From contig MU057576.1 of assembly GCA_013265495.1 (NCBI GenBank), positions 530,982-594,981 of the forward strand: a DNA stretch of 64,000 nt. Direction: 5' to 3'. Below the pieces are notes generated by a model that had not been told where the DNA came from, ran no database searches, and saw nothing but the letters and a program-made list of their open reading frames with translations. Both the position numbers and the translations under genes were made by a program. Below are positions 12,056 through 31,295 of the stretch, in pieces. Source of the DNA: Vicugna vicugna (taxonomy: Eukaryota). The first letter of the stretch is position 1; the number at the start of each line of letters is the position of its first letter.

Positions 12056-13910
12056 GTTGAGACTCCGCCACAGCATGCCTCAGTCCTGGCGCCCAGAGCA
12101 GTAAGAGCGGACTCTACTGATTATCGCGAAGATTCTGTGTTTGGCACTGTGCCCAGCGCTTTAAACGCGGTGTTTCCGTTAACCTGCATAGCAACCCTGT
12201 AAGGTAGGTGATATAACTACGCCCATTTTACAAAGGACGAACCCCCAGGTCAGGATTTGGGCCAGGCATCCAGTCAGCCTTCAGAGCTGGTGCTGGTTAG
12301 CTTTCTGCTCCGGATGAGGGGAAGGGCATGGGATTCTGGTAGCTTCGGGCAGAGCCGACTCTTCCTCTACTGGTCGCCCGGCCTTTGATCATACGCCGCC
12401 TGGGAGACTTTGAGCCTAACGAATAGACTGGCCTCAGAGTGACAACGTCCTGTCTGACTCTTTCCTGTTTCCCCACCCTGAGATCAATTGTTAATGGGGT
12501 CTCGACCCTTCTTCTTGCCCCCACGGAAGGAATCCTATGCTGGAACACAGGCAACGTGATGAGCGCTGGGAGAGGGGGCACACACCTGTTTCTAGGATCT
12601 CCACTCGACTAGTACTTGGGCAGAAAATGTCCCCGCCAGGATGGTGGCGGTGGCAGGAGGGTGAGAAGGCCTGGCCCTACCTGCCGAGGTGGATCTTGGA
12701 GTAGCCGCTTACAGAGAGCCCAACCCACCTCCTCCTGTGGATATTTCCGAGATCAATTTCTAATGCTGGTGATTAATCACCATCCTGCGTGTGATGGGGA
12801 GGGAAGAGAAGCACTCCTGTGGCTGCAGGTCTTCCCCCATGCCCGGCCATCCCAGCTCATCTTCAGGAGACCATGCTTAGGCTTGGTCTTCCTGCCTCCC
12901 CTCTCTCCCTATCAGTCCCTCCTCCCTCCTCAGACCTTCCCATGCTCAGGTGCTACAACCCCACCATCAGGATGCTCTGGAAATAATCCACCTGGGGTTC
13001 AACGTTGGGGTAGGGGTGATGTCAGCTAGGGCCTCAGTTACAGGCAGAAGGGATATTTCAGGGGAATGAACAAGGCTGGAAGGCAGAAAGGAACCTGGCA
13101 TTTTAAGACACAGTTTCAAGTGCTTTGCATGGCCTAATCTTTACCATAACCTCATGAGATGCGACTTTAATTTCATTTTAAGGATAAAGAGACTGGATCA
13201 AAGAAGCCCATGATCATGTCATGGAAACCTCAAAGAAACCTGATCGTGTCATGAAGTCTGTAAGTGGCAGGGCTGTGATTAACCTGATTGCTTGTCTGAT
13301 CAGGAGCTCATGCTTTTGGCCACTACAGGTTCTGTCCCTATAACTCGGCCTGGGCCTAACTGGGAGAAGGGTTCACAGAGAGAGGAGAGGAGGCAGGGCC
13401 AAAGATAGGAATTCAGCCGTTGTACTCCAGACAGAGCATGGTCCTTGGAGGTGTTAGCGAGGAGAGGCATGAGAGCAGAGCTCAGACCGGCTAATCCGGC
13501 TGCATGTGCAGGGTGAACCGGAGACCTGCACAGACCTGAGGAAGAAGTGTAGCTCTGGCCACTACGAAAGGTAAGAGCAGAGAGAATTCAGGGCCAGACT
13601 GGAGTGGGGAGGTTGTCATGGAACAGGAATCAGTGTAATTACTCCAGTGACCAATGATTCGAGGAATCAGAGACGACCTTGCAACCCTGGACAACTGGCA
13701 GGAAAGTGGCACCACTGACAGAAGCAGAGAACGCCTACTAGCACAGAGCTCATCTGTCACCCACTGTGTACAAAAAGGAACCTTTGCTCCTGCACTGCCA
13801 CTTCAATACACAAATATAGCACACACACACATAGCTCCCCTGGTTCCTGTTCAGGGCCCCATCTGTATTCTGTTCACCCCCTTCTAAAGGCTACCTCTCT
13901 AGGACCTTTA

Positions 13911-14082
13911 TTTTTTTATTTTTAAAAATGTAGTCTTTTATTTTTTTAGGGGGTGGTGGTAATTAGGATTATTTACTTATTTTTAGAGGAGAGACTGGGG
14001 ATTGAACCCAGGACCTCCTGCATGCTTAACATGCGTTCTCCCACTTGAGCTATGTTCTCCCACTTGAGCTATATCCTCCCCC
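13911..14082 (-). mobile_element. tRNA-Ala-derived SINE (camelid Vic-1-like) with TSD
   Basis: Minus strand reads GGGGGAGGATATAGCTCAAGTGG...GCATGCAGGAGGTCCTGGGTTCAATCCCCAG plus an A-rich tail. TSD CTCTCTAG(G/A)ACCTTTA at 13895-13910 and 14083-14098. Confidence 0.9.
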
Positions 14083-14101
14083 CTCTCTAGAACCTTTAGA
14101 T

Positions 14102-14214
14102 TGGGGTGACCAACTCATTCCTGTTTGCCCAGGACTTTCCCGGTTTTGACACTGAAAGCCGCACACCCTAGGAAATCCCTTAGTCCCTGGAAAACCAGGA
14201 TGGTCGGTCACTCT
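14102..14214. mobile_element. MER81-like hAT MITE
   Basis: About 113 bp bounded by imperfect inverted ends GGGGTGACCA...CGGTCACTCT. Internal TTTGCCCAGGACTTTCCCGGTTTT matches the recalled MER81 consensus. Confidence 0.7.
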
Positions 14215-14846
14215 GCTTCCTAGCCCTGGGGACTCGGAGCTCTCAGGCTGCTAGGTCAGAACCCTACCAGTTAGCAGTGTGAGTGTGGGAGAAAGTGAAG
14301 GCAAGGTGTCAGGAGTCCTATGGCTCTTGAAGATTCAAGTCCAGGACAGGATCAGAGGTACAGGAGAGGGGACATTTCTTTGAGAGGCTACGAGAGTAAG
14401 GAGCCAGCTCAGCCTGCAAGCAAAGATGCCAAACACGGGTGGTGGGTGGCCCTTCTTTGACGAGCCAGGGTCCCTAGTGGAGTCCCCAAAGCAGAGAAGT
14501 CCCACCACACCCCCAGCCCCAGCCCAGAACGAGGCCAGATGAGCAGGCCTCTTACGGAGTCACTGTGATGTAATCACCCTTTAAAGAAACACAAACACGG
14601 CTTCCGAACCCCACCCCTCCACCAGGCATGAGCAAAGAACTCCCAGGGCAAATAATTCTAGTCAGGAAGATAGGCAGGGTCAGGTCAAGTCAACTGGCTC
14701 TGAGCCGTAACTTTTTTCTACTCGAGGCTTCCTTAATGCTAGCCCAGTGTTGCCACCTTTTGTAACGAAGACTCCCATAAACGAAACTCAAACTTGCCCC
14801 AACAAAATGGCCTCCTGGATGGGCATCTCCTCGGCCAGGAGCTAGA

Positions 14847-15029
14847 GCCGAGCTTCCCAAATGTTTGGGTGCCTCAGGTCACCTGGAGGGCTTCTTGAAA
14901 CACAAACTGTTGAGCCCTACTCTTCCAGCTTCTGGCTTAGAAGGTCTAGGGTGGCCCCGAGAATTTGTGTTTGTGAAAAGCTCTCAGACGATACTGCTGC
15001 TGGCCCAGGGACCACACTTTGAGAACCAG
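14847..15029. mobile_element. MER5A-like hAT-Charlie DNA transposon
   Basis: TCACCTGGAGGGCTTCTTGAAACACA...GGGACCACACTTTGAGAACCA, typical of MER5A. Confidence 0.75.
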
Positions 15030-15134
15030 TCCCACAGCCCCTGGATTTGGTGAAATAAGCAGTCATTTACTCATGCTCCTCTCTTTCCAGTGTCGGAATT
15101 ATGAATACGAAGGACAGTTGCAGGTGCAAATCAG

Positions 15135-15260
15135 TTTATTTAACAGCCGCTAAGTACCAGGCACTTGGTAGGCATTTTCTCGCACTTTCTCTTTAGTCCT
15201 CATGACAGCCCTGTGAGGTAGGGATTGCCCCCATTTTACAGATGAGGAAACTGAAGCAAG
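15135..15260 (-). mobile_element. MIR SINE forming the TTC31 3' UTR
   Basis: TCCTCATGACAGCCCTGTGAGGTAGG...CCCATTTTACAGATGAGGAAACTGA is the MIR core. Minus-strand AATAAA at 15135-15140. Confidence 0.8.
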
Positions 15261-15261
15261 A

Positions 15262-21555
<6,294 letters not shown>

Positions 21556-21813
21556 CTCCCGTTACAGTGACCCGAAAGTGAAAGATAGTTTGGTATTTGA
21601 TACTAGCCAAAGGGCGGAGTAGGACCGGGTAGGCGGCCATCTTTGTTAGGGGCAGAAGCCTCGACTACGGAGCGCGAGAGAGTCCATGACGGTTCCGGCG
21701 GCTCCCGGGCCTGAGACGACCGCTCCGGGGATGGGGCGGAGCTCGGGCTGCCGCGGGCGCTGGGCGGCGCGGGGAGGTGGGAATCGTTAGGTTCGTTCCG
21801 CACGGGCCGTCCC
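21556..21813. promoter_or_regulatory. Bidirectional CpG-island promoter TTC31/CCDC142
   Basis: Head-to-head start codons with only 258 bp between them; GC boxes and YY1-like GCCATCTT. Confidence 0.85.
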
Positions 21814-24800
21814 ATGGCCCAGGCGTCTCGCTCCGGTGGTCTTCTGTCTCCGCTCGCTACCGTGCCGTCGTTGCGGGCGCAGCCCGGGGGCGCTGTGGAG
21901 GAGCAGTGGCAGAGCGAGCGGGCGGGCGCTCTCCGCCGGGACGTTCGTGGCAGGCCGGGGCTGCCGGTTGCCGGGAGCATCCCCTGCCTGGACCCACGGC
22001 CCGGCGGAGCTCCAGGAGGGCAGCCATGCTGGGTGGCGCCGGCGCCGGCGGACGCAGGAGAGCACCGCGAGGCCGGCGCTGCGGCCTGGGGGCGGGAGAC
22101 GGCAGCTGGCGGCCCGATCCCGCCTGCGCTGCAGCGTCTCCGGGCGGTGTTCCTGCGGCTGCACCGGGAGCGAGAGCAGCTCCTCCAAGCACGGGACTGC
22201 GCCCGCCGCCTCCAGGCAGCCGTGCGCCTCCTGTGGATCCTGAGTCCCGGCGTGCCACCCGCCAGCCCCAGCCCCGGCCCCTTGCCTCAGCTGTGCCGCG
22301 ACCTGCTGCCGCACCCTTCCAGAGGGGCAGTCCTGCGAAGCGGCCTTGAGGAGACCCTCGAGCCGCTACTCCTGGCGCGCCCCATCGGACTAGCAGCCCA
22401 GTGCCTGGAGGCTACAATCGAGATGCAGCTTCAGGCTCTGGGCCGGGCGCCCGCGAGCCCGGGCCTGTCGTCCCAACTCGCCGACCTGCTGCTGGCGCTT
22501 CCCGCCTACCACCAGCTGCAGGGAAAAGCCTTGAGCCACGTCCCAGGGGCCGCGCGCCCTTTTCTCCCGGCCCGTGTGCTCCGCCTCCTGACAGGGGAAC
22601 GGGGTTGCCTGGTAGCAGGTTGGCTGAATGAGGCGCTCGGGGTATCCGGCTTGCGGGACCAGCTCCGCAGGCGGTGCCACGAGGAGCGCGAGCTGCTGCC
22701 AGGGCTACTGGGCCTGATGGGGGGCGTGGCGTGTCCAGTCAGCCCTGGACTAGGGCTTGGCGGGGCTGGAGCCCTGTGGAGCCAGTACTGGACCCTGCTA
22801 TGGGCAGCCTGTGCGCAGAGTCTGTACCTAAATCTAGGACCCTGGAAGGACCCCAGGGAAGCGGCACAACAGCTGAAAAAGGCACTGGGTCAGGGTGAGT
22901 GACAGGCCTGGGTGGGCGTTTGGGAATGCTGGGGTCTCTTTCCTCTATTTAGCTCACTCACCTGTCAGCCTGACTACAAAAGCAAGCCCTTCAGGATGAA
23001 CTCCCCACAACCGCCCCCATCAGCGGGGGTTGGGGTTGCGGGTGCAGTTCAAGCTATAGTTTCTGGGCTTTCAAGGCAAAGTCTTGCTTTCCATGCTGGT
23101 CTTGGAAGCCTCTCCTTTCCCCCATCATTGAGTGGGCAGTGGTTGTGGAAAAGAAAAGCCTTGTTTTCAGGCTCCAGGGTCATTTCTCCCACTAGCATCA
23201 CTGCCTCAGGAGTGTGAGAAGGAGCTGGTGTCTTTGTGTCACAACCTAATTCATCAGTCTCTTCTCTGGAGCTGGGACCAAGGTGAGAAGGAAGGGGTAT
23301 TGGTAGCAGCCCAACCCCCAGATCACCTCTTCCTTATCAAACCGTGCCCCCTCATCTTCAGGCTTCTGTCAGGCCTTGGGATCTGCTGGTGGAGATCAGA
23401 GCAGCCTTCCCTCATCCTCTAGTACCACTGAACTTCTGCGACAGCTCTTCCCTCCTCTCTTAGATGCCCTTCGAGAACTCAGATCAGGGATGCTCCTCTG
23501 GCAGCCTCCAGGTGAGACAAGGTGCTGGGGATGGGGGGAACAGAAGGACAGTTGGGGATACCCACTTTATTCCTCCATTGTGTTCGGAAGCCTGCCTCCT
23601 CCCAAAGGTGTTCTGTGGCCCTTCAGATACTCCATCCCTCTCCTCCCCAGGTCCTGCACCTCTTGCCTTGGGGCTCTGTACCCTGCAGACCACCTTGCTC
23701 TGGTTTTGGAGCAGAACTCAGAAGCACCTGGCAGCATGGGCCCCGGGTTCCTTCCTGCTCCTGACCCAGAAGGACCTACCTGTGAGTAGCTAGGGGATGG
23801 GGAGGGGAGCATTCTGGGCTGGGCTCTGATCTCACTCCCTGTTTCTGCTAAAGCCTCTATTGCGTGAGGCAGAAGCTCTGTCTAGCCTGGCTTCAGACGA
23901 AAGCTTGGCCCTGGAGGTGGAGCAGCAGTTGGGCCTGGAGATCCGGAAGCTGACTGCACAGATCCAGGTGAGGAGAGCAGGGGGACGGGACAGTCGCCAG
24001 CTTTGGGGCTGGTGGGGTGGTTGTGGTGATGGTGGAACATCTCAGTGTCTTGGAAGCACGGCTAAATTTATCTTTTCTTGCTCTTTGCTTCTTGTTCTCT
24101 ATTTAGCTTTTTATTATGGAAAATTTCAAACATACACAAAAGTAGAGATAAGGTATAATGGACCCCATAGTCCTACCACTGAGGCTTTAACACTTAACAG
24201 CTCATGGTCAGTTTCATTTCATTTCTACATCCTACCACCAACCCCCATGTAGAATCTTATTGTGTGCTGTTCACAGCCACTGATGATTGATGGTCATTGT
24301 CTACATCCATTATTTCACTGGGGGATGCAAAGTGGTGACATTCCATCATTCCTGAGGAGGGTACAGCTCAAGTGGTAGAGCACATGCTTGGCATGCACAA
24401 GGTCCTGGGTTCAATCCCCAGTACCTCCTCTAAAAACAAATAGATCTAATTACCCCCCAAATAAATAAAATTAAAAAAAAAACAATTCTATCATTCCTTC
24501 TTCATTTACTAGCTGGATTCTCCTTATAAAGTGAAACTTGCCCTCATAAATTACTTGGTTACTTTGAGGCATATTTTGTTGAGAACAAGCAAGGTAAATG
24601 ATTGTCTTCCTTTTACATATTAGTTTTTGATATAATGTTTCTTCTATTTCCTAAAAGTATAACTTGTATTTTTATTCAAATTGAAATAGAATATTATTTT
24701 AGAAGGCTTCTTAATAAGAAAGTAGCACTGTCATTGGCCCCTGCTCCCACCTCTGACCCTGATTCCACAGTGGTAACTTCCATCCACTTTTGGCTTTTTC

Positions 24801-27800
24801 TTCTGACATTTCCTTATTTTCTTCTAAATTTATGAATTAAACCTTTAATACTTCTATTTTAATTTGTCCCCATTTCACACAGTATCTGTTACTACCATGG
24901 GTGATGTCTCTCTGCTTTTTGTTCCTGCTTACTGCTCAGATTTCTCCTTTTTTTAAAAAAATTTTTAATAGACTTTATTCTTTTAGAACAGTTTCAGGTT
25001 TCAGCAGAACTGAGCAGAAAATACAGAGAGTTCGCACATAGCCCTCCCCAGCCACACATATATACTCCCCTACACTCAGCATCCCTCATCAGTGTGGCGT
25101 CTTTGGTACATATCAATGAACCAGCATGGACACATTATTATCAACCAAAGTCCATAGTTTACATTAGGGTTCACTCTTGATGGCTGTACATTCTATGGGT
25201 TTTGACAAATGCATAATGACATGTAGCCACCACTATAGTATCATACAGAATAATTTCACTGCCTTAAAAATCCCTTGTGCTCCATCTGTTCATCCCTTCC
25301 TCCCTCCCTCTCCCCAAACCGCTGGAAACCACGATCTTTTTATTGTTTCTGTAGCTTTGCCTTTTCCAGAATGTCATTTGGTTGGAATCGTACAGTTTGT
25401 AGCCTTTTCAGACTGGCTTCTTCCATTTAGTAATATGTCTTTTAAGTTTCTTCTGTGTCTTTCATGGCTTGATAGGCTTTTTTTTTTTTTACTGCATATA
25501 TACTTTTAATTTACATATATATGTACCATTCATTGTTTCTAAGAACGTTTAGAACCTTAGCTTTTTAAACATACATAGTTATCAAAGGAATAAACCCAAC
25601 CACAAAATAAGAATTTACTCAAAAAAATACATACACCCTTCTATTAATAGCAATATTATTTATAATTGCCAAGATATGGAAGCATCCTAAGTGCACATCA
25701 ATAGTTGAATATAGATTTCTCCTCATTGCCCTGAGTGGGGGCATGGCTGCAGAGTTCAGCCCTTGTCCCTCCACTTCTGTTCTCTCTGCATTCCACAGTG
25801 CCTTGGTGCTGTGGACCCTGCCTCCCCTCAGCTTAGCCCTAACCCACCATCTGCATCTGCTTGTTGGGCATTTCCACCTCAATTTACTGCTGCCTCTTTC
25901 CAGGCTCTTCATGAATAGGGTGGACAGTGATGTCCCAGAACAGGCTCTTCATGAATAGGGTGGACAGCGATGGTTGTGGGAGCTCTTAGCAGGGAAGGCC
26001 ACGGTGGACACGTGGAAACAGAAGCTCCTTACAGGGCCTATGGCTCAAGCTGGCAGCTGGGCAGCCTCAGAGGAGTAGCAGGGGTTACTGGAGGTGGGCA
26101 GTTTACAGTTCCTTGGAGGAGCAGTGGGGAGATGGCCTGATTGAAGCAGAAGGGCTGTGTGTGTGTGTGTATACACATGAGCATGCCCTCGTCCTCGCAT
26201 GCCTGTGTGAAGGGGAGGGGTGGAGGACTGTGGAAAAGTAGGTTGTCATCAAACTGTGGAGGGCACTGAACACCAGCCCACAGATTCTGGACTTTATCTC
26301 TTAAGTGATAGGAGCCATTGTAAGAGCAGGAGGGGAACAGTGAAGACAGTGACAGAGTCTGATCCAGCGGTGGTGGTCAGGATAAAAGGGAGGTGGGGAG
26401 ATGTAATACGAGAAGGGTCCAGCTCTTGGTAGTTGTGATGAGAACAGAGCAAAAGGGACAGGGATGGTGTACGCACCGTGTGAACCAAACACTATCCCAA
26501 GCAGTTTCATGCCTTGTCCCTCCGCCTGGTGACCACACTGCTGGGTGTCTCCTCTGGGTATTCCACTGAGTACAGCTCTGGGATGAAAAAGAAGAATTAG
26601 ACATGAGTTTTCTCCTCAGCTGAACTGTCATGTCTCATAGAAAAAGACGGTCCCACAGTGTGACCTTGTCTTTCCTCAGAGTGTTGAGTGCAGAATTTCC
26701 TAACAAATGTCAGTTGACAAAAGGGTGATTTCTGTGCCACAAATAAGGAAGAAGGGGGTTGTAGTTTTGGGGATAAGAGTTTGGATGTAGACAGGCTGTG
26801 GTCAGAATATGTATCAGGAGCCACGTGGGCTCTCCCTGCCTAGGCACCCCGCCCCCCAAGCCAAGGTCCCTTCCTCTCTTCAGGCTCCTTGGCATGCAGT
26901 CACTTTTTCTTTAGGCCTACCACTACACACCCCACTTCCTGAGGTTCTTCTCCAAGATGGGCTGTAGAGACTCCTCTTTTTTGCTGTCTTCTCCCCCTCC
27001 CAAAACAAAACCTATCAAACCAAAGAAACCAAACCTGCACAGGGGCCTTTTCTTGCTTTACGGGTTAAGTTTGCTCTGGAGAAATGCAAGTGGCTATAAA
27101 GACTTCAGTGTGAGGACATTCCAAAGGTTCCTGAGTCTCAGAAAGTTAAGAGTCACTGCTCCTGGTCTACACACAGTTCCCTTATAGACAACAGGCAGAA
27201 GATGGTACAATTCCCTTTTCTTTCTTCAGCCTCTGCCTATCTGCCAATCATGTAGACCTCCCTCCCTAGCATTCACTTTTGAACCCTGGTGGTGGTGAGC
27301 GTGTTGCCCTCTTTTTTTCCTATTAACATTACTGTAGAATAAAATTAACCTGGAGGATTTCCATCCTCTGAACCAGGCTGAGAAGAGCTGGGTAATCCTA
27401 TGGCAATTGTCCATAATGTTCTCTGGGTCCAGATCTTTTGGAAAACCCAATAAAAGCTATAGCATCTCTCCTCAGAAAATGCCCAAGCCATACAGTTATG
27501 CATACAGTTCTGTTTCTGGGGCTGTATGGATGCCAGGGTAAACACCTCAGATCTACAAGAGCAGATTACTTGACAAGTCCCTCACAGATAAGTCCCTTTT
27601 ACTTTCTCCTTATCCCCACAGCTCCTACCAGAAGAGTCACTAGGTCTCTTTTTTCAAGAATGTCATAAACAAGCCACACAGGACTTCGAACTCTATATGC
27701 CACGGGGTCGGTACTGGCGGCATCGTCTCTGTCCTGGTAACTCTTCATCCCAGCATCCCCTTCCAGGTTCCTGGAGGGTAACAGTGTCCTAACCCTTCCA

Positions 27801-28852
27801 AATCCTGGCTCCAGCCCTCTGTGTCCATCCTTGTCCTCACCTTCTGTGTGCTCTGCAACCCCCGCCCCCACCCCCCACCAAATACTACCTTCTTACCCCA
27901 AAGGCTCCATTAGGGCCTTTGATGGATCTCCCTAGCTTCATATCCTGTCCTTTCTCTTCTCTCACTCCAGAACTTCCCAGCATTCCTAGTGAGTATGCTG
28001 GGTTGGTGGTCCGCAGGGTACTGGAGCCTGTGTTGCAAGGATTGCAAGGACTGCCACCTCAAGCCCAGGCCCCTGCCCTCAGCCAAGCGCTGACTGCCAT
28101 CCTGGGTGCCTGGCTCAACCACATTCTCACCCATGGGATCCGGTTCAGGTGGGGAGAAAAGGAGGCAGAGGCTGGGGGATGAATGGAACTGGGAAAAGGG
28201 AGGGGGATAGAGCAGTTTGGGGGAGGCAGGAGGGTCAGGTGGCCACGTTGTACCTTGGCCTTCAGCCTGCAGGGGGCGCTGCAGCTCAGACAAGACTTTG
28301 CAGTGGTCCGGGAGTTGCTGGAGGAGGAGCAGTGGGGCCTGTCCCCAGAACTTCGCCAGACTCTGCTCATGCTCAGCATCTTCCAGCAGCTGGACGGGGC
28401 ACTGCTGTGTCTATTGCAGCAGCCCTTGCCCAAGACTCAAGTCCACAGGAGGCCTTCCTGTTGCTGTGAGTCACTCTCCTTCCCCAACTCCAGGCTCACT
28501 TCACCCCTTTCTGTGCCACATCCCCATCCTTATTATTGATCTGGCTTCAGTGTCTCCCTGCCAGCCACACCTGCCTTCCACTCCTGCCTTACCAGGTGCA
28601 TGTAATGACATCCTGAACACGGACCTGCCCAGCAGCAGCCTCAACAGCCTGGAGAGCTTGGAGCCTCCTCTTCAGCCTGGAGCACCCCGAGCCCAGACAG
28701 CTCAGCTGCTAAGCACACGATGGGGAGGAGGACCTAGCCCTGAGGCTTACTTGGTAGGAAATCAGCAGGCCTGGCTTGCCCTGAGGCAGCACCAGCACCC
28801 TCGCTGGCACTTACCTTTTCTTTCCTGCCTGGGAACCAGTTCTGAATCCTAA
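21814..28852 (+). CDS. CCDC142: Coiled-coil domain containing 142 (770 aa, 9 exons)
   Basis: Exons 21814-22894, 23196-23282, 23362-23511, 23651-23781, 23854-23967, 27622-27736, 27971-28148, 28266-28465, 28596-28852. 2313 nt, phases consistent. Reads MAQASRSGG...PIPPALQRLRAVFLRLHREREQLL...EAYLVGNQQAWLALRQHQHPRWHLPFLSCLGTSSES*. Confidence 0.94.
24100..25710. mobile_element. Cluster of old L1 3' fragments in CCDC142 intron 5
   Basis: TTATTATGGAAAATTTCAAACATACACAAAAGTAGAGA and TTTAGAACAGTTTCAGGTTTCAGCAGAACTGAGCAGAAAATACAGAGAGTTC are antisense L1M. TTTATAATTGCCAAGATATGGAAGCATCCTAAGTG is a sense L1 ORF2 end. Boundaries approximate. Confidence 0.7.
24354..24484 (+). mobile_element. tRNA-Ala-derived SINE (Vic-1-like) nested in old L1
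   Basis: GAGGAGGGTACAGCTCAAGTGGTAGAGCACATGCTTGGCATGCACAAGGTCCTGGGTTCAATCCCCAGTACCTCC plus tail. TSD ATTC(C/T)ATCATTCCT at 24340-24353 and 24485-24498. Confidence 0.92.
25901..25972. repeat. 32-bp direct duplication, period 40
   Basis: CAGGCTCTTCATGAATAGGGTGGACAG(T/C)GATG at 25901-25932 and 25941-25972. Confidence 0.95.
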
Positions 28853-29049
28853 GGAGCCTGGTCAGAAGCCAGAGAGCATAAGCTCCCCATCTCTATCTGA
28901 AAAAGCCCAGACATTTAGAAATGCATATATATATTTTAAAAAAGCCTAATTGGGAGCTTGGAAGAAAGCATACCTGAGAACCACAAGCTACACAGAGCCT
29001 GGACTTAAAAAGCTAAGAATCCAACATCACTGCAGTGCCTGGAATCCAG

Positions 29050-29055
29050 AATAAA
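29050..29055 (+). terminator. CCDC142 proximal polyadenylation signal
   Basis: AATAAA about 200 nt after the stop. Confidence 0.6.
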
Positions 29056-29952
29056 AGGCATAACCACAGCTTGGAATCTGGAGGTCAGCATCCTTGGAAG
29101 TCTTGGGCTCAGTTCCCATCAGTGGAGATGTCTCGGGGCTAGACACGGGTAGTCAGGGGCCAGACGCTGGGCGTAAGGCTGTAGGGCTGGATCCCAGGGG
29201 AAAGGGAAAAAGAAAAAACAACAGAAAGCAGGGAGCCTAGATGCCACTTTCTCTTATGTCCCAGGAGCCAGGCTAAACACAAAAAGGTCAGGAACTATTA
29301 CAAAGTTAATTCATCAGGAACCACGACAGTGGGAAAGGAATTTCTACCCCTGGATCAGCCCCACCGTATATATACTCTGTGCTCCCCTCCCCATTACTAT
29401 TTTTAGTCATTTAAGAATATTGAGCTGTAGGACCTTCATGTGTCAGCTTTGATTACTCGGAGTTCCACATGTTTAATCTTCATTTCCCTGAGAGGCTTTA
29501 CCCCCTGGCACTTATATAATCCCTGCCGTGGTAGTGCCCTCTGCTCAGATGGGACCAGCACTTAAGATGGCGTTAACCTAGATCTGGCACAACAGGGTAC
29601 AAAAGGGAAGAGGCTGCAAGAGACGTGGTGTCGGAGCCAGGTGCAAACGGCTTTTGCACGACTGATTTATTGCCTTCACTGCGGTACAAGAGGGCTATTA
29701 ATGATAGGCAGTACTTACTGACTGCTTACTTTGGGCCCCCTCCATACCCTGTGTGGAAACCATCTCTCCCTCCTGGCCTTCCTCCTCCTCTCGGGCTGGG
29801 GAGCCCAAGGCGGCGGTTTGGGAACCAGCGCCACCCACGGCGGCGACAAACTCTCTCCCCGCGAAGGTCTGCGGCCTGCGAAAGCGCGCCGCTCACAGCC
29901 GGTCGCACAAGCGACACTTCCGGGCACGAGTTCTTCCGGGGCGGAGGTCACC

Positions 29953-30467
29953 ATGGCGGCGTCCTTGGCTCGGCTGGGACTCCGCCCTGTTAAGCAGGTT
30001 CGGGTTCAATTCTGCCCCTTCGAGAAGAACGTGGAGTCGACGAGGTACGAAGGGGAAGGGAGTGGGGCCGTGCCTTCCTCCTGCCTGGGGTCTGGCCTCC
30101 TCTGGCCCCTGCTTACGCCGTTTTCTCACCGCAGGACCTTCCTCCAGGCAGTGAGCAGCGAGAAGGTTCGCTCCACCAACCTCAACTGCTCGGTGATTGC
30201 GGACGTGAGGCATGACGGCTCAGAGCCCTGCGTGGACGTGCTGTTCGGTGGGTCGAGTGGGGAGTCGGGCGGGAGTCGCGCGCCCTCGGACCCGCTGTCC
30301 TCCCGGCGCCTGACTCCTTTGTTCCTTCCCCAGGAGACGGGCATCGCCTGATAATGCGCGGCGCGCACCTCACCGCCCAGGAAATGCTCACTGCCTTTGC
30401 CTCCCACGTCCAGACCAGGGGCGCGGCGGCGAGCGGGGACAAGCCTGGCGATAGTACTGGGCGCTAA
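29953..30467 (+). CDS. MRPL53: Mitochondrial ribosomal protein L53 (112 aa, 3 exons)
   Basis: Exons 29953-30044, 30135-30247, 30334-30467, 339 nt. Reads [87 protein letters not shown]... Tandem ETS (CTTCCGG x2) just upstream. Confidence 0.98.
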
Positions 30468-31069
30468 CGGCGCAGAAGGGACCAACAAGCAGTTTTTAGC
30501 GTGAAACTGCTAAGGACACTTATCTAAGAAAACCGTCACTTAATAATTTCTCAGATCACTATCTGGAGGGCCACAGAGCGCCCCCAAAAGAAAGAGCCCC
30601 GTGACGACAAATCCAACCAGTGTTTCTGGGAGGAAACAAGGCGGGGAGGGGTCTGCAGAAACTTGAATTTATTTCACTTTCTTACCATCATTCACTGCTT
30701 GACTCTTGAATCTGGCTTCTCCCACCACTACTCAAGATACTTTTTCTTATTAGAAAATCCAGTGCTGTTTTCTCAGTCCTCATCTTTCCATCTCAGTAGC
30801 ATCTACCACTCTTAATTCACTTCCTTGTGGAACTTCTTTTCCTTTCGGGTCCTTTTTCTTCTCTTAACCCTATAAGTATACTACTCTTCTTTCTCTTTTT
30901 TGGGGGGGCGGGGGGGGACTCGAACCACCCTCTTGGGTTAACCTCTACATTTCTGTTTGCCTCAAATCTCAAATCCTGTGCAATAGTCAGGATATCTACT
31001 ATCAGTTTTCTCCAAATTCTACCAACACTCTTTGTACAAAATATAACTGATAATCTTACACACTCTGTA

Positions 31070-31295
31070 TAGTTGACCCTTGAACAACTGGGTTTGAACT
31101 GCAGGGGTCCTCTTATATGCCTATTTTAAAAAATAAATACATACTACAGTAGGACACTTCCTGGCTTTTTCAATCTGCGGTTGTGGAACCGTGGATTCTG
31201 GAGGGCCATCTGTAGAGTTATCCCCAGATTTTCAACTCTGCAGAGGGGTTGGGTCCCTAACCCCAACCTGACCCCCATTGTTTAAGGGTCAACTG
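31070..31295. mobile_element. TcMar-Tigger MITE (MER8/Tigger2-like)
   Basis: TIRs AGTTGACCCTTGAACAA...TTGTTTAAGGGTCAACTG, with TA on both sides (31068-69 and 31296-97). Confidence 0.85.

Noticed and set aside
9774..12071. Long antisense ORFs over LBX2 (243 and 286 aa)
   Set aside because: Stop-poor shadows of GC-rich coding and CpG-island DNA; no independent evidence.
25901..25972. Repeat-spacer-repeat resembling a CRISPR unit
   Set aside because: Only two copies with an 8-bp spacer, in a mammalian intron with no cas genes.
29731..29952. In-frame upstream extension of MRPL53 from TTG
   Set aside because: It lies in the promoter upstream of the ETS sites and would mask the mitochondrial presequence. 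The ATG at 29953 has a strong Kozak context.
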